Assembly: GCA_002502625.1 (NCBI GenBank)
Contig: DAPV01000035.1
Coordinates: 6,279 to 70,278, forward strand
DNA from: Euryarchaeota archaeon UBA125
GTDB taxonomy: Archaea; Thermoplasmatota; Poseidoniia; Poseidoniales; Thalassarchaeaceae
DNA: 64,000 nt
Direction of reading: 5' to 3'
Within the stretch, counting starts at the first letter, position 1. Every line of letters starts with the position of its first letter. Position numbers and translations under genes: made by a program. Below are positions 59,105-64,000 of this stretch, one piece after another. The notes under the pieces were generated by a model. That model saw only the letters and a list, made by a program, of their open reading frames with translations, searched no databases and was not told the origin of the DNA.

Positions 59105-62100
59105 TCATGAACAACCTGTGGTTTCGCCACATTCATTACATTTCAAACAGGTTCCATTACGAACCATCTGACTACTTCCACAAGTTGTACAAATATCTCC
59201 GGTGAATCCCATGGCACGAGCCGATTCAGCCACTGAATATGTAGTGTCGCTTTCGACTTCAACCTTCAGTGGGACTTCTTCATATTCATCTATTGTATCG
59301 ATTGTTGGCGATACCATCATATCAACATCAAGAGTTGTCTGAATATTGCGTTGATGTCCTACATTTCTAGCAATTCCGTCAGGAGTATGTTCTGGTCGAC
59401 TAATGGAAGTTGAGTCAAGATCTTCAGCCAAAACGTGGGATAAATCGTCACGATTCAAATGATTAATTGCTAACTCTCTGAATATATAATCAACAATAGA
59501 GGTGGCCATTTTTACACGACCTGAACCGCCAGAAACCATTCCACTTGGTTCAAACTTTTGGAAAGTGAATGATTTCACAAATGCATCCAATGGAACACCA
59601 TATTGTAGCCCTATTGAAACTGCGATTGCAAACTGATTCAACAATGAACGCCAGGCCATTCCTTCCTTCGAAGTTGTTAGCATAATCTCCCCGAGTCGGC
59701 CGTCTTCATACATACTTGAAGAAAGATAAACGGTATGTCCACCAACACGCGCCTTCATGGTCTTAGATTCTCTAACGTCTGGAAGTGGGCGACGGGTTGC
59801 GATATAATTGTGAACATATGCATCTGCTAAGGGCTTAGCTTGTTCAGCAGGCAATGGGAGTGCTTCAATCACTTGTTGTACAGCATTCTCTGTTGTTATG
59901 GTAGATGATTCATTTACATCTTCTTGGTCCATGGATGATGTATCGACTAATTTATTCATCAATGGTTGAGATAATTTGCTTTGATCTCTGTAAACTGCTG
60001 TTGCCTTATTCATAGTTGAGTGTGATAAATTGTACACTTCACGTATATCGTCAATGGTTGCAGAAGATGGAAGATTAACAGTCTTCGATATTGCGCCTGA
60101 GATGAATGGTTGTGCAGCAGCCATCATTCTAACATGAGCCGGCCATGCAATAGAGCGTTCGCCATATTTTCCACAAGGAGTTGCGCAATCAAAGACTGCT
60201 AGGTGTTCTTCTTTCAAATTCGGTGCGCCTTCGATTGTCATTCGTCCAAAGACATAGTCGTTTGCTGCATCGATTTCTGAGGGTGAAAATCCAATGTGTT
60301 TCAATACATCGAAGAATGGGTTGTCGAGTTGATCTTGATTCAAACCAAGTACGTTAGTACAGAAATCAGTGCCCAATGTATTGGCATTGAAAGCGCCTCG
60401 GATATCATAAGCAGCACCGATTGAATCCTCTATCATTGCAAATTCTGCTTCTCCAAATCCTGCCTTTGTCAAACGTTCACGAGAAATACTTGAGCATCCT
60501 TCGATGCTTTTACTCCCCATCACATATGATTCAATTTCATCGATTTGATTATCGTCATATCCTAATTCAGTGAGAGCTAACTTGACTCCATTGTTGATTA
60601 TTTTCAACATACCTCCACCAGCAAGAGATTTGAATTGAACTAAGGAAAATGATGGTTCGACACCAGTAGTATCACAATTCATTACAAGACCAATGGTTCC
60701 TGTTGGAGCGATTACTGTTGTTTGTGCATTTCTAAAACCAAATTCAGTTCCTAGGTTAAGAGCTCGGTCCCACGTATCTCTCGCAGCATCCAATAAATCA
60801 TCTGGGCATAATTCTGCATCAATACCTAATGGTTTTACTGAAAGTCCAACATATTCTTTTGATTCAACATCATATGCTGCACGACGATGGTTTTGAATTA
60901 CTCGAAGCATGTGTTCCTTATTTTCTTCATATCTTTCAAAGGGTCCAAGGAAACTGGCCATCTCAGCACTTGTTGCATATGATTCACCGCACATTATCGC
61001 ACTTAATGAGCCGCAAATAGCTCTTGCCCTATCATCATCATATGGGATGCCCATATGCATCAATAAAGAGCCTAGATTACAATAGCCCAATCCTAATGTT
61101 CTGTATTCGTAAGACTTTTGAGCTATTTCTTCACTAGGGAATTGAGCCATTAATACTGAAATTTCTAATGTTGCTGTCCAAAGACGTACACTATGTTGGA
61201 AATCTTCAGTTTGGAATGTTCTTGTATCAGCATCATAATATTCGAGAAGATTGATGCTTGCTAGATTACATGCTGTATCGTCAAGGAACATATATTCTGA
61301 ACATGGATTAGACCCATTGATCCTTCCACCTTCAGGACAGGTGTGCCACTCATTAATTGTGGAATCATATTGAACTCCTGGATCTGCACATGCCCAAGCA
61401 GTGTAAGCAATTTGATCCCAAAGGTTTCTAGCGGGAAGTGTTTTACAAGGCTCAGGGTCACGGTTTTCTTTTTCAGCTGCTGATAATTCAGTACGCCAGA
61501 AAAGGTTCCAATCATCGCCAGATTCAACTGCATCCATGAAATGATTTGGTACTCTTACAGAATTGTTACTATTCTGACCAGACACGGTAATGTAGCCTTC
61601 TCCTTGCCAATCTGAATCGAACACTTCAAAGTTTACAGAGCGCCATCCTTGATTCCCAAGATCAATAATTCTCTTGATATGAGGTTCGGGGACTCCGTTC
61701 TTTACTGCGGCTACAATAGCCGACTTTAATTTTGGATTAGTACTCATATCTGAAGCTGCTATCTCTGCTTCGTCTGACCACATAGAGGACATGATTTCAG
61801 TTGCGTGTTTTTGCAAAAGTTGACTTCCGATAATTAGAGATGATACTTTCTCTTCTTCTGATGCTTTCCAATTTATGTATTCCTCGATATCGGGGTGATC
61901 TAGATCTAATGTTACCATTTTGGCTGCACGCCTAGTCGTACCACCAGACTTGATTGCGCCTGCGGCACGGTCACCAATTTTCAAAAATGAAAGAAGGCCA
62001 CTTGATCGGCCCCCGCCTGAAAGAGGTTCGTCTTTACCTCGAATATTACTGAAATTGGAACCTGTTCCTGAACCGAATTTAAACAATAGAGCTTCTCTCT

Positions 62101-62818
62101 CCCAAAGTCCCATAATTGATTCGCTTCCCCCTACTAGTGAATCGCTAACCGACTGAATGAAACATGCATGTGGCTGAGGGTGCTCATAAGAATTTGAAGA
62201 CTGTCTCATTGTTCCAGTATCAGGATCTACATACATGTGTCCTTGTGGATTGCCTTCTATTCCATAGGCCCAATGAAGGCCGGTGTTGAACCATTGTGGA
62301 CTGTTCGGAGCAGAACGTTGACTAGCTATCAAAAAGCACATTTCATCATAATATGATCTTGCATCTTCTTCTGATGCAAAATATCCGTACTTCCAACCCC
62401 AGTATGTCCATGTTCCTGCTAATCTACGGAACATTTGACGAAAATCGGTTTCGGCGATAAATCGCTCGGATGCTTCCAAATTCTGTAATTTCTCTTCATC
62501 TGGTGCAGAGCGTTGAAGCCAAGTTGGAATTCCTTCTTCAGGGACTGGTCTAAGTACTGCAGGCACCCCTGCTTTTCGAAGATATTTTTGTGCTGCAACA
62601 GTACCTGGGACTCCTTCAAATCCACTTGGGAAACATACGCCCAACATATTATCTGCCACAGTTCCATCCATGTTCCGAATTTCTAAATCAGTGGTTACCC
62701 ATTCAAAGGTTTCAAATGGATCTTCGCCAATAGTAGTAAATCTACGTTTAATCGTCATACCACTAGTTCCTTCGTTGCTATTGTTCATAGTAGTCTGCAT
62801 TCTTAACCCTCCTTTCAC
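59105..62818 (-). CDS. nrdJ: Class II (adenosylcobalamin-dependent) ribonucleoside-triphosphate/diphosphate reductase, long form with C-terminal zinc ribbon
   Basis: ..GSNPCSEYMFLDDTACNLASINL.. active-site region, ..TVIAPTGTIGLVMNCDTTGVEP.., C-terminal CTTCGS...CLKCNECG. Confidence 0.85.
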   Translation of the reverse strand: MKGGLRMQTTMNNSNEGTSGMTIKRRFTTIGEDPFETFEWVTTDLEIRNMDGTVADNMLGVCFPSGFEGVPGTVAAQKYLRKAGVPAVLRPVPEEGIPTWLQRSAPDEEKLQNLEASERFIAETDFRQMFRRLAGTWTYWGWKYGYFASEEDARSYYDEMCFLIASQRSAPNSPQWFNTGLHWAYGIEGNPQGHMYVDPDTGTMRQSSNSYEHPQPHACFIQSVSDSLVGGSESIMGLWEREALLFKFGSGTGSNFSNIRGKDEPLSGGGRSSGLLSFLKIGDRAAGAIKSGGTTRRAAKMVTLDLDHPDIEEYINWKASEEEKVSSLIIGSQLLQKHATEIMSSMWSDEAEIAASDMSTNPKLKSAIVAAVKNGVPEPHIKRIIDLGNQGWRSVNFEVFDSDWQGEGYITVSGQNSNNSVRVPNHFMDAVESGDDWNLFWRTELSAAEKENRDPEPCKTLPARNLWDQIAYTAWACADPGVQYDSTINEWHTCPEGGRINGSNPCSEYMFLDDTACNLASINLLEYYDADTRTFQTEDFQHSVRLWTATLEISVLMAQFPSEEIAQKSYEYRTLGLGYCNLGSLLMHMGIPYDDDRARAICGSLSAIMCGESYATSAEMASFLGPFERYEENKEHMLRVIQNHRRAAYDVESKEYVGLSVKPLGIDAELCPDDLLDAARDTWDRALNLGTEFGFRNAQTTVIAPTGTIGLVMNCDTTGVEPSFSLVQFKSLAGGGMLKIINNGVKLALTELGYDDNQIDEIESYVMGSKSIEGCSSISRERLTKAGFGEAEFAMIEDSIGAAYDIRGAFNANTLGTDFCTNVLGLNQDQLDNPFFDVLKHIGFSPSEIDAANDYVFGRMTIEGAPNLKEEHLAVFDCATPCGKYGERSIAWPAHVRMMAAAQPFISGAISKTVNLPSSATIDDIREVYNLSHSTMNKATAVYRDQSKLSQPLMNKLVDTSSMDQEDVNESSTITTENAVQQVIEALPLPAEQAKPLADAYVHNYIATRRPLPDVRESKTMKARVGGHTVYLSSSMYEDGRLGEIMLTTSKEGMAWRSLLNQFAIAVSIGLQYGVPLDAFVKSFTFQKFEPSGMVSGGSGRVKMATSIVDYIFRELAINHLNRDDLSHVLAEDLDSTSISRPEHTPDGIARNVGHQRNIQTTLDVDMMVSPTIDTIDEYEEVPLKVEVESDTTYSVAESARAMGFTGDICTTCGSSQMVRNGTCLKCNECGETTGCS

Positions 62819-63066
62819 CTAATTGACATTGTACGCACTTCATATTCGCGTTGGAATTTGTTGGCTCAATCGAGGGTTATTGAATGTTCATGGCAGAGAC
62901 TGGATGAAAACACGGAACATTGGGGTTTTTGGGGTTTATCAAAATCTGCTAAAACTATATCTGTATATTGATTTTCTATATTTTGATAATTATTGATAAA
63001 ATAATTATACATTTTTCTAAAACTTCTGCGGGATGGTTTGAACAACCCCTACCCCATCCACAAATT

Positions 63067-63477
63067 ATGAGCAACGATGATGAAGATGAATATAGAGTAC
63101 CTGACAGTGGATTAGAGATGGGCGATTCGATTGAATCAGAGACGCATGATGATGTAGATCCATTTGAAGAGCTTGGTCTTGGTTCTCGTTCAAGTACATC
63201 TACAAATAAAAAGCAGGTAAGCAACGAATATGATGCTTTTTCTGATCTAATGAATGATGAATTAGAAGATGATGATACTGAGATTGAAGATATTGGAGGT
63301 AATGTTACAGAAAATGGACATTCAAAGTCAGAAAGTATCTATGTTATGTTACTTCAAACTGTATGGGTCGATGGGATATTGGATCCTGCAGAAGTTCGAT
63401 TATTATCTAAAAAAAGAGTGGAATTGAATATTACATTTGAACGTCATCTTGAATTGGTTGAAGAAGTAATTGGGTGA
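63067..63477 (+). CDS. Acidic protein with C-terminal TerB-like half-domain
   Basis: ..IYVMLLQTVWVDGILDPAEVRLLSKKRVELN.. Start moved to the ATG at 63067 (the ORF track begins at 62968 with an Ile-rich run). Confidence 0.4.
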   Translation: MSNDDEDEYRVPDSGLEMGDSIESETHDDVDPFEELGLGSRSSTSTNKKQVSNEYDAFSDLMNDELEDDDTEIEDIGGNVTENGHSKSESIYVMLLQTVWVDGILDPAEVRLLSKKRVELNITFERHLELVEEVIG

Positions 63478-63481
63478 TATT

Positions 63482-63922
63482 ATGAAGCATCCGTATACAA
63501 TTGGCCTAGAGTATGGATGGGGAGATGATGCATTGAATGTACAGGGACACAATTTACTTTCTAAACTCTCAGAAATGTTTCATTTATCATCAAAAGAAAG
63601 AGAAGAAATCGAAGTGGAATTTAATGAAACTTTACCATCTATTTCTCAAGGTGTTGGGGCTGGAAAAACAGCATTGAAAGCATATGTATCTGATTTAGAA
63701 AATTGGTTTCCAAGTCAAGGAAATAGATGTGCTCAATACTTGGGAAGAATGGCTTTAGATGTTGGAATGACGAAAAATGGGTGGAAGAGTGTATATTCTT
63801 GGATGAATTCGATTGGCCTTGGTACCAGTTTTGCTATGGGTGCGTGGATGGAAGGTGATGAATCTAAAGAAGTTGAAATTCCTGCTTTTTTTGATGATGT
63901 TGTTGCAGTATTGGGTGTTTAA
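63482..63922 (+). CDS. Hypothetical protein
   Basis: ATG right after the upstream stop (63475-63477). Trp-rich, no motif recognised. Confidence 0.35.
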   Translation: MKHPYTIGLEYGWGDDALNVQGHNLLSKLSEMFHLSSKEREEIEVEFNETLPSISQGVGAGKTALKAYVSDLENWFPSQGNRCAQYLGRMALDVGMTKNGWKSVYSWMNSIGLGTSFAMGAWMEGDESKEVEIPAFFDDVVAVLGV

Positions 63923-64000
63923 TCCGTCTGCATTTCCAATGACCATTTGAGTGAGGTGCCTGATCTGGTAATCATATTACCAACACTGCAATATTTTTTA

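Noticed and set aside
59105-62818. Possible intein in the 1237-aa class II RNR
   Set aside because: The whole product reads as continuous RNR sequence (NPCSE...CNL active site, TVIAPTGT motif, C-terminal Zn ribbon). No Cys/Ser-initiated splicing block, LAGLIDADG or HNH motif, or terminal His-Asn junction was found. The length fits long-form NrdJ enzymes.
62819-63066. Cobalamin riboswitch upstream of the B12-dependent RNR
   Set aside because: No B12-box-like core (GCCACTG on the minus strand) is present. Riboswitch control of nrdJ is a bacterial feature.
1-64000. CRISPR arrays, transposases, integrases, prophage or plasmid genes
   Set aside because: No spaced direct repeats and no recombinase, transposase, capsid or terminase motifs anywhere. 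Gene content is chromosomal housekeeping plus surface and transport functions.

Overview
This 64 kb window reads as a tightly packed archaeal chromosome segment, not a mobile island. It is AT-rich with short intergenic spacers and many ATGA-type start/stop overlaps. Archaeal identity rests on DNA polymerase D large subunit DP2 (5' partial at the window edge), primase large subunit PriL, archaeal DnaG, two TFIIB-type proteins (one canonical TFB, one very divergent), a thermosome subunit, an MptE/DUF115-like protein, an archaeal-type phosphopantothenate synthetase and a tRNA-Cys(GCA) with a TATA-box promoter. The gene content and streamlined style resemble marine planktonic Thermoplasmatota-like archaea, but that is inference from sequence style only. 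Housekeeping content includes HflX, MutY, NadC, enolase, an aspartate aminotransferase, GcvH, RNase HI, PurN, PurH, a long-form class II (B12) ribonucleotide reductase, an aconitase-family hydratase, an IPMDH/IDH-family dehydrogenase, SCO1, BASS and DMT transporters and sugar-nucleotide enzymes. There is also a 1505-aa surface protein built from beta-propeller repeats, calcium-binding thrombospondin-type-3-like repeats and an N-glycosylation-sequon stalk, followed by a transmembrane anchor. The most unusual region is 25.0-29.0 kb. It holds a minimal E1-like (ThiF-fold) enzyme carrying a Myb/SANT-like C-terminal motif, a translationally coupled JAB/JAMM metalloprotease, a 79-aa acidic protein, a CYTH triphosphate-tunnel enzyme, a divergent second TFB paralogue and a ThiS/MoaD-like beta-grasp protein whose C-terminus is ...IVAGRV rather than GG. 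Together these look like a non-canonical ubiquitin-like/SAMP-type conjugation or signalling module. Other oddities are a canonical WW domain inside a 792-aa acidic coiled-coil protein, several scattered TerB-like paralogues (one tandem pair), a truncated nucleotide-sugar dehydrogenase and a MobA-like gene whose conserved G-loop has no in-frame ATG. No CRISPR array, transposase, integrase or intein was seen.
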